Below, in pieces: positions 49,552-61,658 of a stretch of DNA of 61,658 bases. The DNA lies in assembly GCF_021028975.2 (NCBI RefSeq), contig NC_059435.1:48920343-48982000 (forward strand), given 5' to 3'. Positions within the stretch are counted from its first letter, which is position 1; each line of letters starts with the position of its first letter. The DNA comes from Sphaerodactylus townsendi (Eukaryota). The position numbers and the translations under genes were made by a program. The notes below the pieces were generated by a model, which did not search any database, was not told the origin of the DNA, and was given only the letters and a program-made list of their open reading frames with translations.

Positions 49552-50164
49552 AATCTCTACCCGCCAGCTACTATCACTAGAGCACCAGTATGTAAAGAAG
49601 TCAGTCAGATCCTATTCATGATGATTTGTTGACAAATGACAACTACATGGAAACAAGTTCGCTGTAGCTTCTACAAATTGCTAGTTGGGAATTTTTTTTC
49701 AAAAAAAAAAAAGATTTTCCAGGAATGCTATCAGTTTCTCTGGGTCCATGAGATGGGTTCTTCAAAACTTCAGAATTTATTGCAAGTAATGCAAATGATC
49801 AAACTCTAATTTATGAGCTTAAGTGATCCCCCAAAATTAAGCAAAGCACACAAAGACACTACTTCAATGTGTGTACTGTACTTTATAGCACAGCGATAAT
49901 TTTTCCTTTCTTTGTTACTATAGTCCCTCCAGATAATTCAGTCTACATTCCAGGGTTGATAGAACCTGGAAAGAGGCAAGATTATCAGAATGACCTTTGG
50001 TGTTTCATGAGAAGAGGTTTTGAGGACTGAAAGAAAAGGAGAGTGACCAGAAACTATGTGGCTAGGGCTAGCAGCTGGAGGCATTTTAACTGTTATAATG
50101 AAAATGAAATATTTCTGTGAAATATCATTATCAAACCGTGCTAACTATATGCATATATTTACAG

Positions 50165-50209
50165 GGGAACAAAGGGGAGTGTGGGATACCAGGCGTAAAA
50201 GGAGACAGA
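50165..50209 (+). CDS. COL28A1: COL28A1 collagen exon (45 nt)
   Basis: acag|GNKGECGIPGVKGDR|gtgagt; conserved GECG. Confidence 0.92.
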
Positions 50210-50582
50210 GTGAGTTGAAACGAGTATCAATTGTTTGTCACTCCTAACCAAGTGTCTATTTTGCTTGCATTCAAAATTTGTACTGATATGAATTGGTAAA
50301 GGGTGACTAAGGGATACAACTAAGGGATATTGTGTGATATATAAGAACTTTCCAATTATATTAAACTATTGATAGTGCAAAGTGGAAGCCTACTTGTTTC
50401 TTACCTTAGGAACTTCTGGAAAGAAAAATAATGTGGTAGGACACAGTAGATCACTTGGCTTATCTGGGACCAGCCAGACACGATTACAACACTACAGATT
50501 ACTGTTACAGGCACCTATGTCAACAGGCAGCCTTCAGCTCCCTCAGTCCCCACCTCAGGTCACCCAGAAATAACCTGTTAAG

Positions 50583-50892
50583 GTGCTTCTGGTGGGTTTT
50601 CTGGGCTGTGTGGCCATGGTCTGGTGGATCTTGTTCCTAAAATTTCACCTGCATCTGTGGCTGACATCTTCAGAGATGTATCACAGAGAAAAGTCTGTTT
50701 CACACTGTGTCTAGTAGTGAGAAGGGAAAATTAAGTGTGGTACATTGTCCAAGTCCCAGGGTGGGGAACCAATCATTAAGTATTTGGGTGGAACTTGCTA
50801 TGCAAAGGTGTGGCCAGACCGCCAGACCATGGCCACACAGCCTGGAAAACCCACCAGAACCAGCTGAATCCGGCCGTGAAAACCTTCGACAA
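50583..50892. mobile_element. Penelope-like element remnant with inverted terminal segments and 11-bp TSD
   Basis: TSD aacctgttaag (50572-50582, 50893-50903); ~38-bp inverted repeat 50587-50624 / 50822-50859; ggccgtgaaaaccttcgacaa terminus; hammerhead-like core on minus strand. Confidence 0.75.
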
Positions 50893-51139
50893 AACCTGTT
50901 AAGTGTTTCAGTGTGGTTAGAGTATTAATCTAGGAAATGCGAAACTCAAGTTCAGTATATCTTTTGTGTGAGGAATATCCTTGCAAAACCATCCTGCTGA
51001 TCTCAAAAAATGGTAGGCTCATTTAGAAGGAGGTGTTCCCTTAGAAATGTGGAGCGCAGGCTATGTAGCTAACTGGGGATCAAACGATACTTTACACCTA
51101 TCATATGATAGCAGAACATCAGCTGCACGTTCCTTGTGG

Positions 51140-51455
51140 GAATTCAGTTCAGACATGTCACAGGGACCTGATTTGGGTAGAGTCTGTGACAAGTTGGGAT
51201 AAAAGGCACCTGTCTTCCCTCGGTGCCATTTTCCAGACCTGAATTGGCTCCTATGAGATGTCACTTGCCTTGTTGGGGGTGGGGATGCATATGCACTGAA
51301 TTCTTCCATGTGCTGCCCCCTAACGGGAAAAACCCCACACCTTTGGGCCCTTTCAGGTCAGGAAAACAGCACAAGGGAGAAGGCAGGAGCCTCTCCTCCT
51401 CCTCTGCTGCAGTCCCGATCCAAACTGAGCACCTGTGGCACACTTGAGCTGAATT
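51140..51455. mobile_element. Decayed palindromic MITE
   Basis: aattcagttcagacatgtcacagg / cctgtggcacacttgagctgaatt termini and internal inverted ttttccagacctgaa / ttcaggtcaggaaaa. Confidence 0.55.
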
Positions 51456-53230
51456 CCTGTGGGGAACTTGCCTCTGGTATATGGCTGCAAGTCGCTATGG
51501 TGATCATATGGTAGATAGCTTGGCCTTATAACTACCTTGAATTGGACTTAGAAATTGGTAATTGGTATGTCACATTATTTGTTGAATGTACCAGTTAGGA
51601 GACAGAATGGTGTGCAAGCTGAAGTTGCAAAACCATTTTCAGCAGAAGTCATTGTAGGAAATGATCCTGTGGAATACAGAACTGTGCATGACTATTTAGT
51701 GCAGAGAGCCAGCTTGGTGTGGTGGGTAAAAGTAATCTGGAGAACCAAATTTGAATCCCCTCTCCTCCACATGAAAGGCAGACTCTTATCGGATGAATTG
51801 GATTTGTTTTCTTGCTCCTACACATGAAGTTTGCTGGGTTTAGTCACAGTTCTCTCAGAATCAGCCCCACATCCCTCACAAGTTGTCGGCTGTGAGGAGA
51901 GGAAGAGGAGTTTGTAAAACTCTCTGAGATTCCTTACGGTTGAGAAAATCAGGTAATAAGTCTAGAACTCTAAATCCAAAACTCAGATGGGATAACATTC
52001 TGCAAATCAAGCAGTAGATGCCACCTCATAAAAGCCGCATCAGAACCTGATTTATTCCCATGTTGGGACGCTGGTACTGTAAGTGTATGAGATCCTGGCT
52101 GCAGAGATATTGTTTTTATTTTCTATATTATTAATTGTATTTTTAATTAAAACATTTATACCTTACATTGCCTTTTGGTTCAAGATTTTGTTTCCAATGC
52201 TGTTTGAAAGAGAGAGAACTGATGATAGTGTGCACCTACTTCCCATTTTTGCTTCTAGGTTTTACAGGGGTTTGTATTGAGTCAAAAAATCCCCCAAAGC
52301 CTAATTGATCAGTGGGACAAAATGCACAATACAGGAAATGCCAGATTCTATTGAACTGCTTTCAACTCTCTGAAGATTATCCGTTGTCAGCCACTGTCAA
52401 TAACAGGGAATGCTACTCCTTGAGGATAAACTTTGCCCTTCTAGACAGCCTGTTGAGCTTGATCTGCTTAGGTTTTGTGACCAAAATGGCAAGACCCCCC
52501 AAAATACACTCATTTTATGATTCTGTGGGTTGCTAAAAAGGAATCAGTGTGAACTGTCAAATTGTTAGCCTTCACATCAGCAGTGTAAGTTTATATTAGC
52601 AGCATGGAATAAAGTAGAAGGAGATTCTATGAAATGTGTGTACACAGAGATAAAAGGAAAGGAGAGAGCAGCTGGCAGGAAAATTGGACATAGAAGCCAT
52701 ATGCCAAGACTGCAGAAATGTAAGGAAAAGGCTTTTCTGTCACTCAGTTTTTATTGGGGATGAAAAAAAATTAGACATCTGTAAAGGATTAAGCACTTGA
52801 ATGGACTTCTGAACAGGCCAGGGTTTCTCATCACCCACAGGATTCCCACTTGCAAAAGGAGATGAAAAGGCCATGGCCAAACATGACTCAAGAATGTTTT
52901 TTTCCGAATGGCAGAAACCCTGACAATGGAAAATAGCTAGACATGGGGCACACACTGCAGAAATGCAGAGCATAAGATTGGGTGCCCGGTCTCGATATTC
53001 AGAAGTATATTTATAAGGTTGCCAGCTCTGGGTTGGGAAATATCTGGATATTTGGGGGGTTGAACCAGAGGAGGGCAGGGGTTGGTGAGGGAAAAGACTT
53101 CAGTGAGGTATAATGCTTTAGAAGGCACCTTCCAAAGTTATTTTCTCCAGGTGAACTGGTGTGTATTGTGATACCAGAAGGCCAGTTGTGATACCAGAAG
53201 ACCTCCAACTACCGCCTGGAGAGCGGCAAC

Positions 53231-53561
53231 CAGTGGTGGGATTCTAATGATTCTAACTGGTCCCCCCCCACTCGCCCCGCTACACGCCTCCCCTCCACCA
53301 CACGCTGCACCCGCCACCCATTTCTGCAGAGGAACTTCTTGTGGGGATGGAGGGGGGGCAACTGGGCCTTGCCGCTGCTTCATATGCTACAGTGGGTGAG
53401 GGCGCGACAGGGCTTTTAGCGCCTCAGAGCAGCTGGGCTGCAAGGCACCCGGCTGCTCTGGGGCTCTGAAAGCCGCTTTTAACAACTGGTTCTCCAAATG
53501 CAACAAAAAATTAGGTACCCGTTCTACCAAACTGGTGCAAAGTGACTGAATCCCACCACTG
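53231..53561. mobile_element. hAT-type element nested in the TIR of an AGGGTTGCCA element
   Basis: TIR cagtggtgggattc / gaatcccaccactg; TSD gcggcaac/gtggcaac. Confidence 0.85.
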
Positions 53562-54604
53562 GTGGCAACCCTTCACATTTACGATTAGGACAGATGGGCC
53601 TTGCTGTAGTTGCATGCACAACTTTGCTCTTTGTTTTAAAATTTAAAAAGTTGTTTTACAGCCTGGAGTTCAGCAATGTTTACTGGTATTTCCCACTGCT
53701 CAGAAGTCTGGGTATTCCAAAGCCGATCAGCACACTGTATTGCTTTCATAATAATTTGCGAGGCAAATAGCTGTTGATATTGCTTGAATTCATTTCAGAT
53801 ATGTACGGTTTGTACGCATCTACAGAGAAGAAGCTCAAGTCTATTTATTTCTATTAATAATTTTGTTGCCTTGGTGACAGAACTGACTGGGTTTTTCCCA
53901 AGTATTAAGCAAAAATGACTCAAGGAGAAAGTGTGCCCCCACACTGCAGAGGTCCAAGAGAAAGAAATGCAGTATGATTTATGGATCTCAATGCTCCCTT
54001 ACCTCCCCAGCAGTTTATCCCATAAAGTGTTTAGGTTTTGAAAGGAAACATATTCCCAGATGTAATTTGCAGATTGGAAAAAAATGTGCTGCCCAATTCT
54101 GTGAATGTCAGGGCAAGAGCAGGTGAAATGTTGGAACAAGTGTTTTGTAAATGGAAATTGCAGCAATGGAGGCAGCCTAAATTTCTAAGTGTAATAAACA
54201 ATTCATACAGGAAATAAAATACCTTATATGATTTCTGATTGATTGACTGAATGACATCAGTAGCTATTCTCCTTTCTGGTTAACTTGTTTTTAAGCAGAT
54301 ATAACAGTTACAAATTTTACCAAGAAATTTTAATTCCCTAAGACAATTAGCTTTAAGTTTCTGCTTGACCCCTCATCCCCCCTCCATTTCTACATGACAC
54401 AAATTTCCATAGACTTTATGACAAATGAACCAGTTTTGATTTGGGGGTTGTGCCATGCAGGGGCAAACTGCCACCTCAAAATGGCCGAACAACAGATTGA
54501 TCGAAGAGGTCCCAGCAGTGCTGTCTGAGCACTACTATAAACTCAATAATTTGAGTTAGAAATTGTTACTAATATATACATTTTTTGCTATTTCATTTGC
54601 ACAG

Positions 54605-54649
54605 GGGCAAGAAGGTCCATTTGGCGCAAAGGGACCGAGAGGCCCTCAG
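54605..54649 (+). CDS. COL28A1: COL28A1 collagen exon (45 nt)
   Basis: acag|GQEGPFGAKGPRGPQ|gtaagt. Confidence 0.93.
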
Positions 54650-55367
54650 GTAAGTCTGTTTAATAGTTGTGGCTCTATCAGAGCTAATTAGTTATGTCTG
54701 GACTGTACCACTCAAGTCTAGTTGGAGATATACCAGAGGATCATATTTCTCACTATTTTAAAATGTTGCGTACAGAATGTAGATTACAGAAGGGGTCTAG
54801 GAGGAGAAGAGTTTAATCCCTCCCCCTCTAAATCTTCTCCCGATCAGTGGTAAAGAGGGAAATGGCAGCCATGAGGAAAAATGGAGCTGAATGTAACCCC
54901 AGATGTTGGTAGGGAAGTATGGAAATATGCACTTTCCACTCCACATTTTCCCCAATGTTTTGTATGTGAATTTTTAGGGAAGACAGAGTCAAAGCATGTT
55001 TGCAAAAAGTTGCAGCAGAGTCAAGAAAACAAGCCTGGGGCATAAACAGTACAACATTCTGTATCCTAAAAATGGTATATTGAGGATAGATGCAGGCCAT
55101 AACAACACCTAAAAAGTTGGAACCTCTCACTTAAAAGACTGAGCAAAACCCAAATGCTTTTTCCTGGCATGTGAAAGAAAGTAAGATAGATGCAAGGGAG
55201 GCCTCAAGATAGCAGGCATTCCAAAGGCAATACGTCACTCCTGGAAAAGTCTGGTCTATGATGCCACCTCCTTTGCAAATGGAGGCACAGGGAGCACAGG
55301 GCTTGAGAAGAGACTCATTACTGCTGGGCTGGACAGAGTGGAGGTGACAGTTGAGATATGATGGCTG

Positions 55368-55513
55368 CAGAGGCGTAGCTCCAAGGAGATGGGGTTGGTG
55401 GGGGCCCGACGCACTGGGCGCTCGCTTCTATGTGGGTGTGGTCAGGGCGTTCCGGGGCCGGGGCGGAGGATGCACCAGTGCACTGGGTGCTTTCCCCTTT
55501 TTCTACGCCTCTG
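55368..55513. mobile_element. hAT-type MITE, 8-bp TSD
   Basis: TIR cagaggcgtag / ctacgcctctg; TSD gatggctg/gctggctg. Confidence 0.82.
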
Positions 55514-56337
55514 GCTGGCTGTGAGACATTTCTCTCTTAAAGGTAAGAACTAGCACTTCAAATTCTGCTCAGGCAGCCAGTGCAGATATTTCAGCAAGGG
55601 GTGATTGATTATATAAATTGATATTCATGATAACTAACAGGAACATCCCTCTTGCCTTTGGAATGCCTGCTACCTTGAGGTCTCCCTTGCACCTATCTTA
55701 CTTTCTTCCACATGCCAGGAAAACACATTTGGGTTTTGCTCAGTCTTTTAAGTGAGAGGTTCCATATTGAACATCAGCCGAGGGGAACAGGCAAGCTTCC
55801 TGGAGGCATCTATCCTTTCTCAGTTGGAAGAAGAATGCTAGGGTAGAGGGTTTAACCCAGGTGTGCTCTTGCCTGTGGCAGCATCAGGATGTTAGTGTCC
55901 TAGGGACTCCATCAACCGTGAGCTCCGAGCTGCTGTTTTCTTGGGCTGTACAGCTGGCCTTCTGTTACTGTGTTTTAAAATTATTGCTCTCAGGGGGAAC
56001 CTGCTTTGATTTCCTTGTTGTTGTCACTTATTCAAAAGCTCAGCGTCTCATCCTGCACCGCAGCACATAGCTTGAAGCAGAACTGTGAGAACATTTTTTG
56101 CCTTTCTCAGTGGAACAGCTGACCACTCTGCCAAGGCCTCAGCCTTTGAGCCAGCAGGAAAATGTCTAGCATTTCTCTGTGAACGTTTCCTGTGACTGAG
56201 AGGAATTCCCAGGGTAGAAAGCCTTACGCTACAGGAGAATCCTGTCTGTACTTTAGGGGAAACTGAAATCAGATTTTCTCACAGCTTTTGACAACTAATT
56301 ATAGCATTTTTTATTATTATACAGTTGCATCCTAAGC

Positions 56338-56455
56338 AAGTTTAGGTTTTAGATTACCTCTATATTAGATATTTATTAGATCTAGATCTGATAAATATCT
56401 AATAAAGTTTAGGTTTTAGATTACTTCTATATTAGATATTTATTAGATCTAGATC
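56338..56455. repeat. 51-bp direct duplication with inverted 16-bp spacer (42-bp palindrome)
   Basis: 56338-56388 vs 56405-56455 differ at 1 nt; spacer is the reverse complement of part of the unit. Confidence 0.9.
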
Positions 56456-57654
56456 AGATTCGTCTTCGATGGATCCAGTTTCTGTGTCAGCCCAAAATCT
56501 ATAACATTGTTGCTCCAAATTTGTTTGCAAATTAAACCATTATCTCTGGGGGAAAGTGACTCCTAGGTATGTGTACAGCACTAGCCAATGATTTGCTGGT
56601 ATCAAGCCACAGGAAGTGCTTCAAAATTGGTGCTGCTTCCTTATTCTCACATGGTAACTGCAAGGATAGTTTGGACTGAAAAGAAGAGCCCTTAGAACAT
56701 GTCCAGAGCATCCTTCTCTAAGTAGTGAACTGCCTTTCAGTTGCCAAGTCATTGTCTAGGGATAGAGTTTTTCCACTATGTCTGTCATCTCTTTGGCCCC
56801 TTCCGCACATGCAGAATAATGCACTTTCAATCCACTTTCACAATTGTTTGCAAGTGGATTTTGCTATTCTGCACAGCTGCAAAGTGCATTCAAAGTGGAT
56901 TGAAAGTGCAGTATTCTGCACGTGCGGAAGTGGCTTTTGACTACCAGTCTGATGTTTTAAGGCAGCCATGACATCTAGTCACTAGCATAACGTGCAGCAA
57001 TAGTTGAATCATATTGGTGCAGTGCTATGCAAAGTTACTCCAGTTTCTAGGTCTATTGAAATCAATGGGTTTTAGACTGGATTAACTCTTTGCAGGATTC
57101 ATGGAATAGTCAGAGAACATTTTGTTTCTCTTGCATGGAAAGGTTTACCAGTGTGTCCTTGCTCTTCTGTAATGCAGAGTGGAGAAAAAGATGCAAATGA
57201 ACAGGAGGGACCAAAAGATGCAACACAATACAGAGGCTCCACTTCTGAAATGTTCTTCATGAAACTGGAATTTAAAGGAGGGGAATATAGCACAATATGA
57301 AATTCCTGAGCAATAAACAAGAAATCCACTCAATTCTAGTTTTGGAGATGCCTTTTATTACAATGTTTACTTTTTGTAACATTACTTTTTGAAACATTCA
57401 TAATTTCATTTTAGTAGATTAGGGGATTATGTTGAAAGACAGGGAAGATAGGACAGGAGAAAAGCAGCACTGAATTAAAAACAGGAGAGAAAAAAATTAA
57501 TGCACAGTATCCTGTATCCTATTTTCTTTGACAGATTAATGTAGAATTGTTTTTTTTTTTGGGGGGGGGGGGAAGGGTTACTGTAACTGTACAAAATTAC
57601 CCTTTATGCATCCATTGGGAGAAATCACATTTTGCCTTTGATATTTTGCTTAAG

Positions 57655-57708
57655 GGAATTGCTGGTCCTCCAGGTGAGCCTGGTCCAAAAGGTATTCAAG
57701 GAAAGAAG
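57655..57708 (+). CDS. COL28A1: COL28A1 collagen exon (54 nt); gene continues beyond the window
   Basis: taag|GIAGPPGEPGPKGIQGKK|gtaaga. Confidence 0.93.
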
Positions 57709-58564
57709 GTAAGATATACACGATACATACTTTTATAGGAGGGATAACAACGTGGAGAACTACTGTCAAAAGAATGCTAACAAAAATTCCGTGTGTACAT
57801 TGGCCATTTAGCCATGATTTACATAGAGGTTTTTCTATTGCTAAGAAATGATATTGATCATCCTTGCCTGAGACAGGATGCAACTCATTCATTTGAATGA
57901 ACCCACGCTTCCGCTTTTGAAAAACATTGTATCCCTCCCACTTTGTTTTCTTTTAGTGAATCCAGTTGTTATGAGTTTAGCTGTGCGAGCTGAGTCCTTC
58001 CGTCTTACAGTGGGTTGATTATTTGTAGATGCTGCACCTATTACTGTGTACACATGCCAGATTTCACTACATCTGGCAGAAAAAGGAAGTTAAATCACCC
58101 AAACTCTTGCATCAAAGCCATGAGAGTTTGCCATGTCATCCAACAGTGCATTCCAGTTCACAGGAAAGAATCTTTCAGCCGCAAGGTTGAAATTATTGTA
58201 CTTGTAGAGCAGAATTAAATAATGAAATAGGTCTGCTCATAGATCATTCAAACTAGCCATACAACATGGTTTAACAGAGAGGCTAGTGAATGTGAATGAT
58301 TGCCAAAGAAGGCCTAGAGGCCAACTACACAGGTCAGGAGCAGAATCAGTTACAAGAAATGGGACACAACCAAATTCATATAAGCAGGGCTAGGATTCAC
58401 TGAAGGTTGAAAAGTAGTGAGGGTTCATCAGCCATCCACCCATGGTGACTCTAGCCATGCCCTGTTGGCTCGTCCCAGCATCTTCTATACTGAGGTTACA
58501 TTAAAGGTATAGAGTACTATTATCAAACATTTTTAATGGGAAGCTAATTTTGTAGGTGTTTTAA

Positions 58565-59650
58565 GATTTTGTTTATATTTATTTTACAAAATGTATACTG
58601 CCTTTCTGTCCCCTATAAAGACACCAAAGGGGTTAACAAATTAAAATCATACATAAGAAAATCACATCTTAAAAACCATTAAAACCAACAAAAAACACAT
58701 AAGTAAAACAATTAAAACCAGAGCTAAAATACACATACAGAAACAAAAGCAACAATTAAATCATTGGGCAGGAAAAAAGGATTGCTGAGGGATCTCCAAA
58801 CAAAATTTAAAAAATCATTATCTGCTAGAACAAACAGATCTCCCTAGAAAGAGTTCCAGAGGTGGTTATTGTTGTTGTTGTTGTTGTTATATGTAACCAT
58901 AAACAATTCATATCCATAAAAGAAAGGAAAAATAGAAAAGAAGAAAAAGATATTGAAATATACCGTAACCCGTGGTTTCATTCATCTTTGGAATGGTTAC
59001 ATGCCATATTGAACTGACTCATACATCTCTCCAATTTCTAAACACTATTAACTTTATCAGTGTATATGTTCCCTTACATGCTCCAATCCACACTTGGCCT
59101 TTTAGATGCAATATGCTGTTTCCAATGTTTTTAATAAACAATTCTTGCCACAGTTATTACATCCATGATAATACTATATAAATGCTTAGGGGACATAGGT
59201 ACAAAATTTAACCACAAAGCAGGCAACGGAAGATGACCACAATGGTCAGATAGGTCCATATGAGAGTAGGTGGTCCTTCAGGTACGCTGGCTCCAAACCA
59301 TAAAGGTCTTTAAATGTCAACAGCAGCATCTTGAGTTGTGCCTGGTTAGGCCATGACTGGAGTACTATGTTCCCTATGACCCATTCCAGTCAACATCCTG
59401 GCTGCAGCATTCTGCACTGATTTGAGCCTTTTTTGAGTGCAGCCTCAGGCAGAGTTTATTGGAGTAATATCTTCTAGATGTAGCCAGTGCATTCACCTCT
59501 GTGACCAGAACTTTTTCTGCTCAGGAAAGGCTGCAGCTGGCAAATCAATTGAAACTGGTAAAAGGCATTCCTGGCCACGGCTGCCACCTGCTTATCCAGC
59601 AGTTGCCCTGGATCCATGAGCACCTTCAGACGGTGGGGAATGCAACCCCA
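58565..59650 (-). mobile_element. Old L2 LINE fragment (possibly with an L1-like insert ~58880-59180)
   Basis: Minus strand atctagaagatattactccaataaactc, gtgcagaatgctgcagccaggatgttgac, ccagcgtacctgaaggaccacct resemble L2 RT C-terminus. Confidence 0.65.
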
Positions 59651-59803
59651 TCCAGAATGGGTGACACAGAATGGATGTCCCCTTCTTTCATTCTTGCACT
59701 GTAGAACTTCCTTTTCAGAAGTCTTATTTTCTTAACTCATTTTGCGCAGTATTTTTCTTCCAAACCTTTCCAAGCAGATTTGCAGCTCATAATAAGCGCA
59801 CTC

Positions 59804-59995
59804 CAGTGGTGGGATCCAAAAATTTTAATAACAGATTCCGATGGTGGTGGGATTCAAACAGTGGCGCCGCCGCACACACGCACCTCCAGTCCCTATTGGG
59901 CAGGGAGGTTGCTTTAGTAACCCCTTCTCGGCATGCAGAAAAAATTAGTAACCACTTCTAGAAAAGTTGTGAGAACTGGTTGGATCCCACCTCTG
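59804..59995. mobile_element. hAT-type MITE, 8-bp TSD
   Basis: TIR cagtggtgggatcca / tggatcccacctctg; TSD gcgcactc/gtgcactc. Confidence 0.85.
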
Positions 59996-60807
59996 GTGCA
60001 CTCTCCTCATCCCCTGTCACTGAATCCAGGAGATAGCATGCTTTGGAATCAGCCCTTTTAAACAGTTCCAACTCATGGGGATTTGGGGGCACTTCTTGCA
60101 GTCACGTGGGAGAGATTCTGAATAGCAAGAGCATGCATCATACAATCTTGCCAGATCAAAATATTTTGTTTATCCAAATGAGGGAGAGCAGGTAGAGTTG
60201 GATTACTTGCCTGGGCATATTGGTTTGGGGTTTGTACTGCACTGATGTTTACTGAAACAGTTGTTGCTGGGTTAGAGGCACTGACTGAGGCTTCTTCATC
60301 TGACATCTTGCTTCTTTAGGAGCTTCCTTTATGTAAGCAACTCGCAGTGCATCAGAGAGAAAAGCCAATCTAAACTTGGAGAAAGTAACAGAAGTTAGAT
60401 ATGGGGCAGCAGAAAGTCCCACCCATGATTTTAACCATCTATATAGAGTTGGAAGTCTTAAATTCTGTATCGAAAGAATATTTGGTGAACTTCATTTTTT
60501 GCTTCAAGTACCATTTCTAAAAGTTGGTCTGGGACTAAAACAATAGAAAAAGGGAACGTTTGGAACTGGTTCATAGTTATTGAGATCTCCTGGGGCTAGG
60601 AAAGGATTCTTAAGAAATGTGTTGCTATGTGTTGCTTCACATTCTGTTTCAAGACTGAGGCCACCATCCCTTTTCTCAAGGGGGCATTAACTACCTCTCA
60701 GACCCAGTCAGCTACCCCCTCTCCACTGACTGTAATAGCCAGGAAGGGGAAAGGTCATACAAACTGATCTCAGTCTTCGAAGGATCCTGGTCATACCCTC
60801 AGATTGA

Positions 60808-61493
60808 GGTCGATTCCCCATGGGGGAAATATCCTGGGATTGGACTGGGAACATAAAATACTAGTATCTTTTTATCCTGGTCTGTCCCTCCCCACCACAG
60901 CTGAGGTCTTGAGTTGAAACTGGGATCAAAATGTCCACCTCCTTTCCACGAGCCTGGGATCAGCTCGGTGGCTCTTTTGTTGCTAATTCTCTGATTGGCT
61001 GTTTCTCTCCCCCCCCCCCCCCATTATCATGGCTACTTATACATAGCTACATCATCACAAAGCATAGAGCTTCGTGGCCAAGAACAGCACACAAAAAAGG
61101 CATGTTCCAATTTTTTCCTTTGCATGGTCGTAGCTTTGTATCCAAGAAGAAGACATTTTAAAAAGGCACGCTCCCGCCCGCCCTGAGTCACCCATTCTGA
61201 GCATACCCAGGCCACTGTGTCCTGTGATTGGCTGACAGCTCAAATGGAGACTCAGCGTGGGAAAAATAACCCAGGATAATGGTTGACGATTCCCCACAAT
61301 ATCAGCCTTATCCTGGGATCGTCAGAAAAGATCCTGCTTCTTGGCGATTTTTGAAAATCCTGGGATGAAGAGGATATCGCAGGGCAGGGCCAGGACAGAG
61401 ATGAATTTGGCCCGGGAGTTGTGGGGAGTCCCTCCTTGAACCGGGATGTCTACTGTGAGTATTCCGGGATATTTCCCCCATGGGGAATCGATT
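60808..61493. mobile_element. Non-autonomous Harbinger-like DNA transposon (~686 bp)
   Basis: ~27-bp TIR (gg)tcgattccccatgggggaaatatcc / ggatatttcccccatggggaatcga(tt); flanks TGA/TAA; repeated atcctgggat subterminal motifs. Confidence 0.8.
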
Positions 61494-61658
61494 TAAATAA
61501 ACTGAAACTTTCCCAGCTAGACAAGTTGGCATCCTGGCACCATCTGAACCTGTAGAATAACTGCTACTGTATATTTGTGATACTAATGTAAATTTATGAT
61601 GGGCAATAGGATGGATTGTAGATAAATGCAGTACTGAAATGGCATCAGTTATTTTTTT

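Noticed and set aside
1-61658. CRISPR arrays, operons, intact tRNA or rRNA genes
   Set aside because: Eukaryotic intron-rich locus; no repeat-spacer arrays; tRNA- and 5S-like segments are SINE heads

Overview
Vertebrate nuclear DNA, almost certainly a squamate and probably a gecko (inferred from Squam3-like SINEs with (TTC)n tails, Sauria/5S-type SINEs and CR1, L2, Bov-B and Penelope relics). It is the conserved UMAD1-RPA3-MIOS-COL28A1 block. RPA3 is complete (+, 4 coding exons, 2787-6870, 119 aa) and follows a CpG-rich bidirectional promoter probably shared with UMAD1 (-). MIOS (GATOR2 subunit) is complete (-, 10 coding exons, 26349-14921, 876 aa) and has a minor-spliceosome AT-AC intron at 24263-25055. 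The 5' part of COL28A1 is present (+, 10 coding exons, 35565-57708) and the gene runs off the window. The rest is intron or intergenic DNA dense in TEs, and most ORF-track entries are spurious. I cannot support a wholly new biological system. The most unusual signals are short direct copies of MIOS splice-junction sequence in downstream introns (including an exact 22-nt copy of the U12 acceptor), three direct repeats spaced about 2.15-2.2 kb apart, a duplication-remodelled COL28A1 acceptor, a Penelope relic with a decayed hammerhead ribozyme core, and several fold-back/template-switch scars. Comparisons with human genes are from memory, and repeat boundaries are approximate.
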